Part shown: in pieces, positions 8,137 through 18,323 of the stretch | How positions within the stretch are numbered: the first letter of the stretch is position 1 | How the letters are laid out: every line of letters begins with the position of its first letter | Virus record (IMG/VR): IMGVR_UViG_3300037483_001478 | Location: 7,989-71,988 of that record | Strand: one strand, 5' to 3' | Length of the DNA: 64,000 nucleotides | From: a virus | The notes under the pieces: model-generated | Seen by the model: only the letters and a program-made list of their open reading frames with translations | Told to the model about the DNA's origin: nothing | The model's database searches: none | Made by a program: the position numbers and the translations under genes

Positions 8137-11100
8137 ATGCCACTAAACAGCTCTCAAGTATCCAGCCTATGCGGCGGCCAGATGGCGATGTTCGCCAACA
8201 ACGCTGCGTACTCTCAGCAATTGGCAGGAACTTACGGCACGGGCCCGCAGGCAGGGATGGCTGGGTTGCAGAACCCGTTTCCACAGGCCCCTAGCTATGG
8301 TGTTTCCGATTGGGGAAACACCCAGGGCGGTGCCGGTATGGCGGCGGGGATTGCCCATGCAATCCCCGGAGCTCTCCTAGGAACCCAAGTAGCCGGGGCC
8401 TTATTGGGAGGCCCGGCTAGATTCATAGACCCATTCTCCGCAGGGCTGCACGGCTTCAGGATGGGTACTGGGGCTGCTAGCGGCGCATCTACCATAGGAA
8501 CCCTGGGTCAGGCTTTTGCGCAGGGAGGACTTCGCGCAGGCCTTGGAGCCTTAGGCGGCGGAGTGATGGGCGCCGCCGCAGTAGCAGCGCCTGCTATGGC
8601 GTTGGCGGCAGGGGCAACTTGGGCAGGGCAGAACGTTTCCCAAGGCGTCCAGAACATCCAAGACGTGGGCAACATCACTCAGTCGTTCATGGCGCCCCAA
8701 TTCGGCGGGGGTGCGCAGCTGGGAGGCTTGCCTGGTCGAGGCATGATCAAGCAGATTTCGGCGTTCCTTCACGAGTTGGCTTCTCAAGATACGATGAACA
8801 GCATGAAGGACTTCAAGCAGCTTATGGACCAGGCTGCTCAATCAGGCATGCTTACAGGCATAGGAGATGTCCAGGGGTTCAAAACTAGGTTCCGAGGGAT
8901 AGTAGAAAAAGCTAGAAACATCGCGGAGGTACTGGGTACCTCAATCAGCGAGGCGATGCCCCTGTTCAATCAGATGAACCGTATGGGCATGTGGACGGCA
9001 CAGGATGTGATGGGCACTGCAGTGGGAATGCGGGCGGTAGGGGCTGCCGCAGCCCCTGGCATGCTCAATACGATGCAGGCAGGTGCGTCCTTGGCTCACC
9101 AAATGGGCGGCTCGATGACGTCAGGTGCCCGGGCGGGTGGGTTGGCCTTTCAGCAAGTGAATGCTGCGCTTACCGGGGGAACGCTCAGTGAGCGCCAGCT
9201 TTTGGAGTTCACGGGAGGCATAGGCGGAGTGGCCGGGCAGCAACAGGTGGCCCAGACCATGATGGGCCTGAGCTCTCAATTCTCACAGACCCCTGCCGGC
9301 AGGCTCATGATGGCAGGTCTTGGGCAGACCAAAGAGGGGGCATTCACTGGCAGGATAGACGAGGGGCGCCTATCTGCGTTCATGCGCGGGGACATATCGT
9401 CGGGCCAGCTTCAAAGCATGGGCAAAGCAGCCTCGGGCACTAGGGAAGGCGCAGCATCCTTTTTTAGGCAAGAAGGTATGCTGGGCCAGTCTCTTATGGA
9501 GCAAGGCGGCCTAGCAGGCATGGGCGCCATGTTCAAAGGCGTGTTGGGTGAGCGCTTTGCTGGAGCGGGCGAGAACGTTCAGCACATGCTACTTCGTAAG
9601 ATGACAGGCATGTCAAACCGCGAAGCGGAAATGGCGACACGTCTGATCAATGAACTCCCCCGCATACAGGACGAGATAGACCGCAAGACGTCAGGGGCGT
9701 TGGAAGACTCCATGCGTAGGATGGAGGAGCGCCGAGTTCGTAGCTTTGCCGCGGTCAAAGACACGTTTAGAAAGGCAGGGGAGTCCCTTAGCAGGCCTAT
9801 TGTAGAGGCGGGGGAAGGTCTTGCTACATGGGCAGGGGAGCTGTCCGATCAATTTTCCAACGCCATCCACGGCCGCACTACACCCATTGGCCGCCTCGGA
9901 CGTGACGCTTTTGCCTCTCGCCTTAGCAGCGTGATGTCATCAAGCACTACGCCAGAGCAGTTAGGTATAACCAACTTGGGGCAGAGCCTTGTCGATCCTG
10001 GAGCTATGGGCAACTTCAACTTGTTCTTCCAGGAATCTCAGCAGGGAGGCGCATCCTCTGCGAACAGGGGGTTGACTCCTAGGCAAGACGCCTTGCGCGC
10101 TGCTGGCGTGACTGCAGTGGCTGGTGGATCAATAAGCCTTGGTAAAGGCTTTCAAACTTCGCTCGAGAACGTAAGAACGGCCGCTATGGCGGAATACCAA
10201 AGAGGCACTAATCCGAACGTTGAGGGCTTCAAGAAAGATTCTGCCTCTAGGGACGCTTTTTCTGTGGTGCGGCAGAAGATTCGCGAGATGTTCACACGCA
10301 ATCACAAAGAGCTAAAGGCTCTTCGTGAGTCTTCCACAGAGTCTGAGTACCGCACGAAGATTATGACAATGTTGTTCAAGGATCCGTCTACGGCTTCTGC
10401 GCTTAACCGCTTAATAAAAATGAGCGGGAGTAGAGATTCAGAGCAGGTAGTGCTCAACGTCATCGCGGCAGTGCAGGCAGACCTAGGGGCTACCGAAGGT
10501 GGCGTGGCTATCAAGTTCGGCCGAGGTACGATGGACTTGCTCAGCGTGGGAGTGGGCTCGCCCGGGGAGCTAAACAAGAAGTTCTCTGAAAGCATAGGTG
10601 AGCTCAGCGGTATCTTGGGCTTATCTCAAGGCGAAACCCGTGATGTACTGAGTGCGGAATGGGCTCCTTCCATGCTGAAGTGGCTTCAGGGGGACAAAGA
10701 GGGTGGTGCTGCCTTCGAGTCGGCCACCATGAGAGACAAGCGCGCAGAGGACCTTCTAAACCGATTCGAATCAGGCGGAGGCAAAGGAGCTGCCGGCCCC
10801 TTAGCTTCTGCTCTTGCTGCGCAAGGCTTGAGCATGCGCGGAGAGGTTACCGAGCGCCTCAAGGCTGTTGGTGGCGCTTACGGTAGAGGCGTAGGCGGAA
10901 TAAGCGAGGCAACGCGCGCTGCTATAGGAGGCGTTGCGGACTTGTATAAGAAGGGTTCATGGGCAGGAGGCTCAGAAGCTGCGCGTAACGTCCACTTGCA
11001 GAAAGGCGAACTCAGTAAGCTCAGCAGAGGCAGTTTGCTGGAGCGACAAGTGGCCACGTTCTCTTTGGTGGGCGGCTTAGGAGATATGACCACAAGCCAG

Positions 11101-11460
11101 TTTGAAGACTTCCAGCGGCGGCAACCTCGGCAGTCCGGCATAGATGTGTTTAGCCTGCTCTCTGACGATGAGCGATCGAGAATGATGGATATGGCAAGGT
11201 CGGGCGGCGGCATACATGGCGGAGAAATAAGTTCAGTGCGCGATATGCTCAGAAAGGCCACGGAGCGCGCTCCAGCCATGCTTGGGTCTAAGAAGGCGCC
11301 AGAAGGCCTTGACCCTATGACGTCTTTTGCCGACGCCAGCACTAGGTTCGTGGCAGCGGCTACTTCGGCTATTACGTTGCTGCAGCACGGCTCTGACTCC
11401 AATCTTGAGGAGATTAAGAGCACCATGAGCGAAGTAGGAAAACAGTTGAAGGGACAGTAA
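8137..11460 (+). CDS. tape-measure-like tail protein
   Basis: 1107 aa G/A/M/Q-rich helical protein at the head of the baseplate module. Confidence 0.7.
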   Translation: MPLNSSQVSSLCGGQMAMFANNAAYSQQLAGTYGTGPQAGMAGLQNPFPQAPSYGVSDWGNTQGGAGMAAGIAHAIPGALLGTQVAGALLGGPARFIDPFSAGLHGFRMGTGAASGASTIGTLGQAFAQGGLRAGLGALGGGVMGAAAVAAPAMALAAGATWAGQNVSQGVQNIQDVGNITQSFMAPQFGGGAQLGGLPGRGMIKQISAFLHELASQDTMNSMKDFKQLMDQAAQSGMLTGIGDVQGFKTRFRGIVEKARNIAEVLGTSISEAMPLFNQMNRMGMWTAQDVMGTAVGMRAVGAAAAPGMLNTMQAGASLAHQMGGSMTSGARAGGLAFQQVNAALTGGTLSERQLLEFTGGIGGVAGQQQVAQTMMGLSSQFSQTPAGRLMMAGLGQTKEGAFTGRIDEGRLSAFMRGDISSGQLQSMGKAASGTREGAASFFRQEGMLGQSLMEQGGLAGMGAMFKGVLGERFAGAGENVQHMLLRKMTGMSNREAEMATRLINELPRIQDEIDRKTSGALEDSMRRMEERRVRSFAAVKDTFRKAGESLSRPIVEAGEGLATWAGELSDQFSNAIHGRTTPIGRLGRDAFASRLSSVMSSSTTPEQLGITNLGQSLVDPGAMGNFNLFFQESQQGGASSANRGLTPRQDALRAAGVTAVAGGSISLGKGFQTSLENVRTAAMAEYQRGTNPNVEGFKKDSASRDAFSVVRQKIREMFTRNHKELKALRESSTESEYRTKIMTMLFKDPSTASALNRLIKMSGSRDSEQVVLNVIAAVQADLGATEGGVAIKFGRGTMDLLSVGVGSPGELNKKFSESIGELSGILGLSQGETRDVLSAEWAPSMLKWLQGDKEGGAAFESATMRDKRAEDLLNRFESGGGKGAAGPLASALAAQGLSMRGEVTERLKAVGGAYGRGVGGISEATRAAIGGVADLYKKGSWAGGSEAARNVHLQKGELSKLSRGSLLERQVATFSLVGGLGDMTTSQFEDFQRRQPRQSGIDVFSLLSDDERSRMMDMARSGGGIHGGEISSVRDMLRKATERAPAMLGSKKAPEGLDPMTSFADASTRFVAAATSAITLLQHGSDSNLEEIKSTMSEVGKQLKGQ

Positions 11461-11463
11461 CCC

Positions 11464-11682
11464 ATGGCGGACGCGCGACAAGTTCAGACCATTACCCTCT
11501 CCACAGTTGAGCAAGGGAAAGTCGTCATGAAAATGTACGACCGCATCAATGTGGATGACGTGTACCTTCACTTGGTGAATCGAGAACTCTACAGGATTAT
11601 CAGCGGGGAAGACACAGGCGTAGAAGTGGACCCCTTGTTCAAAGACTTCTTGCTCAAAGAGCGCTTTACCACGGGGCAATAA
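11464..11682 (+). CDS. hypothetical protein
   Basis: 72 aa, tightly packed between neighbours. Confidence 0.65.
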   Translation: MADARQVQTITLSTVEQGKVVMKMYDRINVDDVYLHLVNRELYRIISGEDTGVEVDPLFKDFLLKERFTTGQ

Positions 11683-13701
11683 ATGTTCGTTTTCTTAGAG
11701 CGAGACAGTTTTGACAAGGCATTTCGCGCTAGGTCTGCTGCTTTCAAGCTTGGCCAGAATCTGGGCGATCAAGGCCTTGAAGTAAGCCGGCAGGCAGAAA
11801 CGGCGATAAGACGCCCCTACCGGGGAGTTCAGATAAAAGAGGACACCTACGCTACTCTTTCTGTACGCGGTCCCAGCGGAAAGGCTATTCCTCTCCTGTC
11901 AAGCTCGGCCTTGATTGACCCTAATAGTCTGACGGTAGGGTACACGAATGAGTACGCAGACTTCATCTTGCAGCGTGTTGATGACCAGAGGGTCGAGAAA
12001 AGTCAGGTCATTGAAACGTTCGGTGAGTCGTTTGTCTACTTCTTCGGCGAGCGCCCCAGGATTACCAATATCAGCGGCATGTTGATGAACACGGAAGACT
12101 TCAATTGGAGGTCTCAGTTCTGGAGCAACTACGACAAGTTCTTTCGTGGCTCCAAGCTGGTAGAGATGGGTGCGCGCTTGTACCTTACGTTTGACACTCA
12201 AATCATCGAAGGGTACGCGCTTAGCGCAAGCGCCACAGACGATTCCTCGTTACCCTACGCCATCCCTTTTCAAATGAGCGTGTTCATGACCAATCAGTAC
12301 GATTGGTCTTCTATTGGGCGTACGGTTTTCCCTGCTAGGAATCCAGACACTTTGGATGTACTCAATGCTCGTTTAGCAGAGGAGCGCAATAAGTACGTGT
12401 CTACCACGGCAGAAGTGCGCGACCTCAATCTCAGAGCAGGCAGCTCCGGAGGTTTGTTGGCGACAGTGCGTGGGGGCATACGCAAGTTCAATGAGATCAC
12501 TACGGCAATTGGCAATACCCTCGACGCCATTGGGGGCGTACTAGGGGGACGCACTGTACGCGTCCCTCTCGGTATTGCGTCGTTTATTGACCAGGCATCG
12601 ACGACGGCTATCGCTTCTGGGTCCGTGAGCTTATTCGGGTCCGAAGTACTGCCTTTGGCCATCCAAGACCAGAGCAACATCATCAACCCTCTCAAGCTTA
12701 CAGTGCCAGGGTACTCAAAATACGCCCCTTCTTGGGTATCGCCCCATACAGGTAGCCCTATTGGTTATATCAATGAGAATGTTGATGAATACCCAAAGCG
12801 CGAAGAGAGCATCAAGGCCCTAGCGGACCTTACAACCCTTACGCAGGCAGAAGAAATTGCCGCGCGGCAAGAAGCTAGAAAGGTCCTCATCACTGAACGT
12901 AAGGCTCAGCTCATCAAGCAGAACTTGCTGGCGGAAGCAGGGGGATACTTAGGCACCCTTGCCGACCTAGTCACAGTCGGAAAGTCTGCTTTTGGTATGG
13001 CTATGACAGGCTTGGCGTTCGCCAGAGATCCTGCCGGCGTGGCAAGGGCTGCCATTGGCCTTCCGCAAGAGCCGGCGTCCTTAACGGACAGGCAGAGTGC
13101 GCAAAAGGCTCAGCAAGAAAAGTTTGCTAAGATGGGCGTGAAGTCCAGCCAGGCCTCTTCCAATCTTCAGGATGCCCCAAGGTACGTTGGGGCGTCTGTG
13201 AGCTCGTTCAAAACTGTGGACAGTCAATTCTCTGCAGACGTGCAGGCATTGTTCTCTTCTGGAGACACTACCACAGGGCCTGCCCAGGTAGGGCAAGTAT
13301 ACAATACGAGCCCTTATACTGCCCCGGCAGTGGGGGACCGTTTGTTGTCTGATGACCCGCGCCGAGAGAACCTTCAAACGTCAATTCAGGACAAGGATTA
13401 CGAGTCGGTTTACGGTAACAAAGACTTCACGGCACTATTGGCGGTAGACCCTGAAGCAAAACAATCCTTGGATGAGGTATTCGGCAACAACGACGCGGCT
13501 TCTCAAGGCTCGGACGTCGACCCGGCCTCGTTTAATGCTGTATTTGGGGCGGGGGCCGCTTTGTCTACTAAGGCTACTTCTCTGGAGGCGTCAGCGCGTT
13601 TACAGAAGGTAAATTCCCTCACTCGAGTGGAGGACGACGTAGACACCCGAGGTATTCGCGGCGAAGCAGACGACGACGCTGAGATTAGGCCGGTGATCTG
13701 A
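11683..13701 (+). CDS. putative tail-tube initiator/baseplate protein
   Basis: N-terminal EKSQVIETFGESFVYFFGERPRITNISGML tube-like domain; position after TMP. Confidence 0.55.
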   Translation: MFVFLERDSFDKAFRARSAAFKLGQNLGDQGLEVSRQAETAIRRPYRGVQIKEDTYATLSVRGPSGKAIPLLSSSALIDPNSLTVGYTNEYADFILQRVDDQRVEKSQVIETFGESFVYFFGERPRITNISGMLMNTEDFNWRSQFWSNYDKFFRGSKLVEMGARLYLTFDTQIIEGYALSASATDDSSLPYAIPFQMSVFMTNQYDWSSIGRTVFPARNPDTLDVLNARLAEERNKYVSTTAEVRDLNLRAGSSGGLLATVRGGIRKFNEITTAIGNTLDAIGGVLGGRTVRVPLGIASFIDQASTTAIASGSVSLFGSEVLPLAIQDQSNIINPLKLTVPGYSKYAPSWVSPHTGSPIGYINENVDEYPKREESIKALADLTTLTQAEEIAARQEARKVLITERKAQLIKQNLLAEAGGYLGTLADLVTVGKSAFGMAMTGLAFARDPAGVARAAIGLPQEPASLTDRQSAQKAQQEKFAKMGVKSSQASSNLQDAPRYVGASVSSFKTVDSQFSADVQALFSSGDTTTGPAQVGQVYNTSPYTAPAVGDRLLSDDPRRENLQTSIQDKDYESVYGNKDFTALLAVDPEAKQSLDEVFGNNDAASQGSDVDPASFNAVFGAGAALSTKATSLEASARLQKVNSLTRVEDDVDTRGIRGEADDDAEIRPVI

Positions 13702-16700
13702 TGGCAAATGCTGCACCACTAGGGCTCAGGCTTTTACTTGAAGGAATTGAGATCCCTGTCATCGCTGCGACAGTGCACATTCAGCCCGACACCCCGTCTG
13801 CTGCGTCCATACAGATCATTGCTACGAACATGGCATTCCAGCTCTTGCCAAGAACCATGGTGCATCTGTTCTTCTTGGACAAAGTAGCTGAGTTTGACGC
13901 GGAGAACTTGGATAATACGAGCACGCGGCCCACGATAACGTATACACAACAGTCATTGAACAGGTTTGAAGCGCAAGACTCCGCGTATCGCCTCCTGTTT
14001 TGCGGGGAAGTGGTGGGGTTTACCTACTCCAAGACTCCCTCTACCAGACAGATGGTGCTGCAGTGCTTAGACCTCTCTTCTCACTGGGACTCTTGCTACC
14101 AATTCTTCTCCGACTATTCGGTTAACGGTAATGGGCTTACAGACAAGTCCCACGTCTTTGTAGGGGCAGGGGCAGGCCTATTTGACAATGTGGCTGGCGG
14201 TACTCAGTGGATGCTGGGGCGCATTCTGTCCACAAAGCCTACTACTCCGGAGTTTAGGGACGCCAAAGGGCTTTACGGAGGCATCCTTCACTTGTTCGAA
14301 GCTGTAGGAGGCATACGCTACCGCAATGGCCAAGCGCAGGGGTACCATGGGGTAAATGACTACTTCTCTATCGCAGAGTTGCGGTACAACCTGATGGGCC
14401 AGATAGGGGCAATCACAGCGGATGACACATCGGTTAAGTTGTATCAGGCTAAGGCCTTCTTGGATTGGCTGCGGTATGGGATGACCTCTCTGGGCACCTT
14501 GATGTCATTTCGAGACATCGTCAATCACGTCAACCGCTACATATTCCATAACGTGTACCCTAACCCTTGCGCGCACTACGTGCCCGAGAGCACAGAAACC
14601 TATTCGAGATTGGTAAACCAAACTACCCTTGCAGACACCACGGCAGGCAAGGGGGTGTTGGCACTGCTTCGTAAATTGATTGACCAAGTGGGGGCAGCCC
14701 GGGAGCATTTCATTCAGGCTGTCCCTTTGGCTATTGGAGTGTCCTCTGCGGAGTTCAATGCGGGCGTAGACGGGTCTAAGGAAGCCCAGAAGACGATAGT
14801 CCTCATAGAAACTCAGCTTAGAGCCCGGCCTTCTGACGACTCCGCCGCGATTTTGGTTAAGGTGAAGAGTGTAGGCGCCGCTCTCCAGCAAACATCTGGG
14901 GAGGTGGATGAGAACATTCGCCAATATCAAGTGAACTCAGACACGGCCATCAAAGCTAGGAAAAATGTCGGTCTATTAGATACAGCCATGGATACGATTG
15001 GCGATCTTTTAGGCATGAAGGGGCGCAAGCGGACTAAAAAACAAGTGCGCCTCACAGATTCCGCGAGGCTTTACACCCAGATTTTTGTGCCCGAGACCTT
15101 TTTCGCGGCTCCTCCGAGGTGCAATGTCATCTTCCCTGACCAGTACTTCGAGCTAAGTTTCAGCCGAAACTTCATGCGGGAGATAACCCGTCTAAGTTGC
15201 CAGGGGGGCATGGGGGTCATCATAGGCGAAAGCAAAGCATCGGCAGAGCTTTTTGGAAGGCACTACTTTGCCCCCAACATCAAAGACGCGAGAAATCAGA
15301 ATCTGAGAGCAACACTTGCTAGGGGAAGTAGAGTCATTCTTCCTCACGAAATTAACGCAGGCATCGTGCCTAAGTTTGAATGGGTAACGGATGGGCATCG
15401 CTGGGGAGTCCAGGCAGCCAGGAATAAGGGCGAGAGCGACTCAATACACCAGTCAGGTAAAGTAGGCTATATCCAGAGACTGGCTCATTTCCAATTCTTC
15501 CTGCACCGCTGGTCGTCTCGTCAGATGAACGTGACTGGGCGATTCAACCCGTACTTAGTGCTTGGGTTTCCCGCAGTGGTAATCGACAGGGCAGCGCCAC
15601 CTGCTGAAGTTGCTAGTGCGATCTCTTCTCAACTTGGGCAGCCCTTTTTGCCCACCCAGTTCATCGGCAAAGTAGAAAGCATTGTGCACTCGCTGAACCA
15701 GCATACAGGGATGACTACCGCGAGCCTGTCGTATTGCCGGACACACCGAGCGGTTGATGATGAATTCCTAGGGGTTCTTTCTCGCGAGGTACCGGAATAC
15801 TCAGAAGAAGGGGCGCTGTATGCCGAGTCATTCCGCCCTGCCGAGTTCGTAAACCCTGCTGCCGGAGGAGCACTGCGCGCGGCATTCCAATTGATAATGC
15901 GTCGCTACGCTACCAAGACGCTGAAAGTGAACGACTTCATACAAAAAGCTGGGAAAATCAAGAAGATAGAGATCGAGGACACTATCTTCTTGACGGAGCG
16001 GGAAGCTGCTGCCGCTGGACTGGATGACTCTCAAATAAACGAAACTCGAAGTGACCAGGGCAGGACGGAAAGAGGCATCACGTTTCCGTCTAGGTTCACC
16101 ATCAGCTTTTCTCGCCCTGTGGTGAAGAGCTTTAGGGCTAGGGCGAGTATCGACGACGCACTGCGTCCAGGGTGGTATTCCCCCAACATCTGGAGCAATG
16201 AGAAGGTAGGGGAGGCAGTTTACAAGCCTCTTTTGGGTACTAAAGCCATCACGGATGACACGGCGCTAAACACTGGCTCAATCAAGCAGATGATTCAACA
16301 GCTGGGCGTTGAGTACGACGCGGCAATAGCTGAAGGCCTGCAAGGCGAGAGTAACTCCTACACCTTTAAGACTCCGGGGGGCCTTACTGCGTATGCGGTA
16401 CAGGGAGGCACCATCGAGGAGGCAGTGGACGGCCTTGTGGCTATTTACAGTCTTATCAAGAAAAACGGGGGAAATCTCACTGAATTCGTACGGCAGTACG
16501 TTGAGCGGCCCATAGCTAACTTGGAGCAGGTTCTGGGTTCCCAGAACCTAGAATTCAATAGCATGGGGGAAGTTGCAGACCCTACGACGATGAAAGAGGG
16601 ATTTCACAGTCGGGCTTTTGGGAAGTACAATGCGGACCTAAAGCTGCCAGACAAGGTGGGCTCGGAGATTCGGGCGGGTGCGGACGCGTTACACGTTTTG

Positions 16701-16868
16701 ATGCCCGGAGTTGCGCAAGGAACGCCCATACTGCGCTTGTCCCTGATTGATAAGAGCGGGAAGCCTACTGCCATCGACCCTGCGGTAGACCCACGCGGGC
16801 GCTCTTATGCTAGGGTGTATGCTTACCGGGCCGAGCTCAAGTTGAGTAAAGGCCTATTGAGCTCCTGA
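13701..16868 (+). CDS. putative baseplate hub protein (gp27/gpD-like, greatly extended)
   Basis: LRLLLEGIEIPV, LLFCGEVVGF..MVLQCLD, PPRCNVIFP, GRFNPYLVLGFPAVVID, FIGKVESIVHSL. Confidence 0.55.
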   Translation: MANAAPLGLRLLLEGIEIPVIAATVHIQPDTPSAASIQIIATNMAFQLLPRTMVHLFFLDKVAEFDAENLDNTSTRPTITYTQQSLNRFEAQDSAYRLLFCGEVVGFTYSKTPSTRQMVLQCLDLSSHWDSCYQFFSDYSVNGNGLTDKSHVFVGAGAGLFDNVAGGTQWMLGRILSTKPTTPEFRDAKGLYGGILHLFEAVGGIRYRNGQAQGYHGVNDYFSIAELRYNLMGQIGAITADDTSVKLYQAKAFLDWLRYGMTSLGTLMSFRDIVNHVNRYIFHNVYPNPCAHYVPESTETYSRLVNQTTLADTTAGKGVLALLRKLIDQVGAAREHFIQAVPLAIGVSSAEFNAGVDGSKEAQKTIVLIETQLRARPSDDSAAILVKVKSVGAALQQTSGEVDENIRQYQVNSDTAIKARKNVGLLDTAMDTIGDLLGMKGRKRTKKQVRLTDSARLYTQIFVPETFFAAPPRCNVIFPDQYFELSFSRNFMREITRLSCQGGMGVIIGESKASAELFGRHYFAPNIKDARNQNLRATLARGSRVILPHEINAGIVPKFEWVTDGHRWGVQAARNKGESDSIHQSGKVGYIQRLAHFQFFLHRWSSRQMNVTGRFNPYLVLGFPAVVIDRAAPPAEVASAISSQLGQPFLPTQFIGKVESIVHSLNQHTGMTTASLSYCRTHRAVDDEFLGVLSREVPEYSEEGALYAESFRPAEFVNPAAGGALRAAFQLIMRRYATKTLKVNDFIQKAGKIKKIEIEDTIFLTEREAAAAGLDDSQINETRSDQGRTERGITFPSRFTISFSRPVVKSFRARASIDDALRPGWYSPNIWSNEKVGEAVYKPLLGTKAITDDTALNTGSIKQMIQQLGVEYDAAIAEGLQGESNSYTFKTPGGLTAYAVQGGTIEEAVDGLVAIYSLIKKNGGNLTEFVRQYVERPIANLEQVLGSQNLEFNSMGEVADPTTMKEGFHSRAFGKYNADLKLPDKVGSEIRAGADALHVLMPGVAQGTPILRLSLIDKSGKPTAIDPAVDPRGRSYARVYAYRAELKLSKGLLSS

Positions 16869-16875
16869 GGACGAC

Positions 16876-17103
16876 ATGATCAGCCTGAATGGATTTACCG
16901 ACGAACTTGAGAAGATCGCTATGACGGTTCCCGAGGGCTCTGTGGGGAGAGTCGTGGACCTGCTCAGCCGTGCTGCGAAGAAAGGGTGGGCCTATAAGAG
17001 GCCTGCGGCGGTCCTAGCTACAGGGTACGCAGGCAAAGGTGCTGTAGAGGATTGGCAAAGAGGTCGGCAGCTACGAAAAATGCAAGAGCAGCAGTATGGC
17101 TGA
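16876..17103 (+). CDS. small protein with FxDELxKIA N-terminal motif (putative virion/head protein)
   Basis: GFTDELEKIA; GAGGA SD. Confidence 0.65.
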   Translation: MISLNGFTDELEKIAMTVPEGSVGRVVDLLSRAAKKGWAYKRPAAVLATGYAGKGAVEDWQRGRQLRKMQEQQYG

Positions 17104-17563
17104 GGCACTCCTTCGGGCATTTTCGGACGAGCTGTGCAAAATAGCCGGGCTCCGCGATGCCTGGGAGGGGTTCCTTGACCGCTTTAGGGGGGAGGACCGC
17201 AAGGCCAAGCGACGAGTAGAGTACCATTTTTCCACCAAAGCTGGCCCCGATAGGTGGGACAAGTTTGTGGGCAATGTGAAGTCCCCGGCTTTTGCTCGTC
17301 AGGTCATGGCGCACCCTTTGGCAGATGAAAAGCTCGTCATGCACACTCAAAGCATGCACGACCTGGCCAATGCGCCTACTGTTGGCAAAATCTTGAGCTC
17401 TAGGCTCCCTGGCAAATCGTATGAGGTCAAAGAGCTGCCAATCGGGCGCCTAGGGTGCACCTGTGCAGATTGGCGCTTCCGGGGCAGTGTCAACCCTGCG
17501 TACGAATGCAAGCACATCAAGGCCTTTCGCGAGGGTAAGGCGAAAGCAGACGACGAGGTTTAG
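17096..17563 (+). CDS. SWIM Zn-finger protein with FxDELxKIA N-terminal motif
   Basis: AFSDELCKIA; YEV...CTCADWRFRG......CKHI (CxC...CxH). Confidence 0.78.
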   Translation: MAEALLRAFSDELCKIAGLRDAWEGFLDRFRGEDRKAKRRVEYHFSTKAGPDRWDKFVGNVKSPAFARQVMAHPLADEKLVMHTQSMHDLANAPTVGKILSSRLPGKSYEVKELPIGRLGCTCADWRFRGSVNPAYECKHIKAFREGKAKADDEV

Positions 17564-17564
17564 G

Positions 17565-17777
17565 ATGGCCTTTGTGGATGACACCAAGTCTTTTTTCGAT
17601 GAGCTCAGCAACATTGCTGATCAGCAGCGGGCTGAGGCGGAGGAGGACATGGATATGGATACTGGCAGGCCCTACTCCTCGCTTCTGACGCAAGACGAGG
17701 AGCCCAACGAGTACTACCCCGAATCTGCCCCTGAGCAAGAACCTCAGGTCATTACGCGCCAAGGAGGCGGGCCATGA
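17565..17777 (+). CDS. acidic small protein with FFDELSNIA motif
   Basis: start reassigned to ATG 17565, right after upstream TAG. Confidence 0.65.
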   Translation: MAFVDDTKSFFDELSNIADQQRAEAEEDMDMDTGRPYSSLLTQDEEPNEYYPESAPEQEPQVITRQGGGP

Positions 17778-18319
17778 ACAAAGAAGCAGCGTCTAGGATT
17801 GCGGCGGCGCACAACAAGCATCGCAAAGGGCGAAGGCCCATACGGGTTGAAAACCTTCTGAAGAAGGCTTCAGGCTCTGGAGTAGACCTGCGCACGTCAA
17901 TGGCCGGGGGCACCAAGTTCCCTACGTTGGACAGCATGGCATTTCCTGTGAAACAACTGAAGGACTCGCAGCAGGTGGGTAACATCGGCCCCGGAAAGCC
18001 GATACGAGGAGGTTTGACCATGGCGGACGTCATTCCAAAGTACGGGTCGAATGAGGCCATTGCCAAGGACCCTCTGATCCTGTTCTTGAAAAAGCAGGGG
18101 AAGGCTATGGAAACCAACGACACCTTCCTACCTGCGGGCACGAGAGAGCCTGAATACGCGTCGGCTGACCCTATGCCGACCGCGCGCATGAATCGTAAGG
18201 GGGAAGAGGACTGGAAGGCCTACCTCAAGATGATGTTTGCTCACGCGGACCAAACGCCCCCCAAAAATACTCAAAAGTATTTTGCTCCCAAACCCGGAAC
18301 GGTAGATACACAGATTTGA
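17774..18319 (+). CDS. basic hypothetical protein
   Basis: 181 aa, ATGA coupling, AGGAGG SD; KEAA, KKAS. Confidence 0.68.
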   Translation: MNKEAASRIAAAHNKHRKGRRPIRVENLLKKASGSGVDLRTSMAGGTKFPTLDSMAFPVKQLKDSQQVGNIGPGKPIRGGLTMADVIPKYGSNEAIAKDPLILFLKKQGKAMETNDTFLPAGTREPEYASADPMPTARMNRKGEEDWKAYLKMMFAHADQTPPKNTQKYFAPKPGTVDTQI

Positions 18320-18323
18320 GCCC

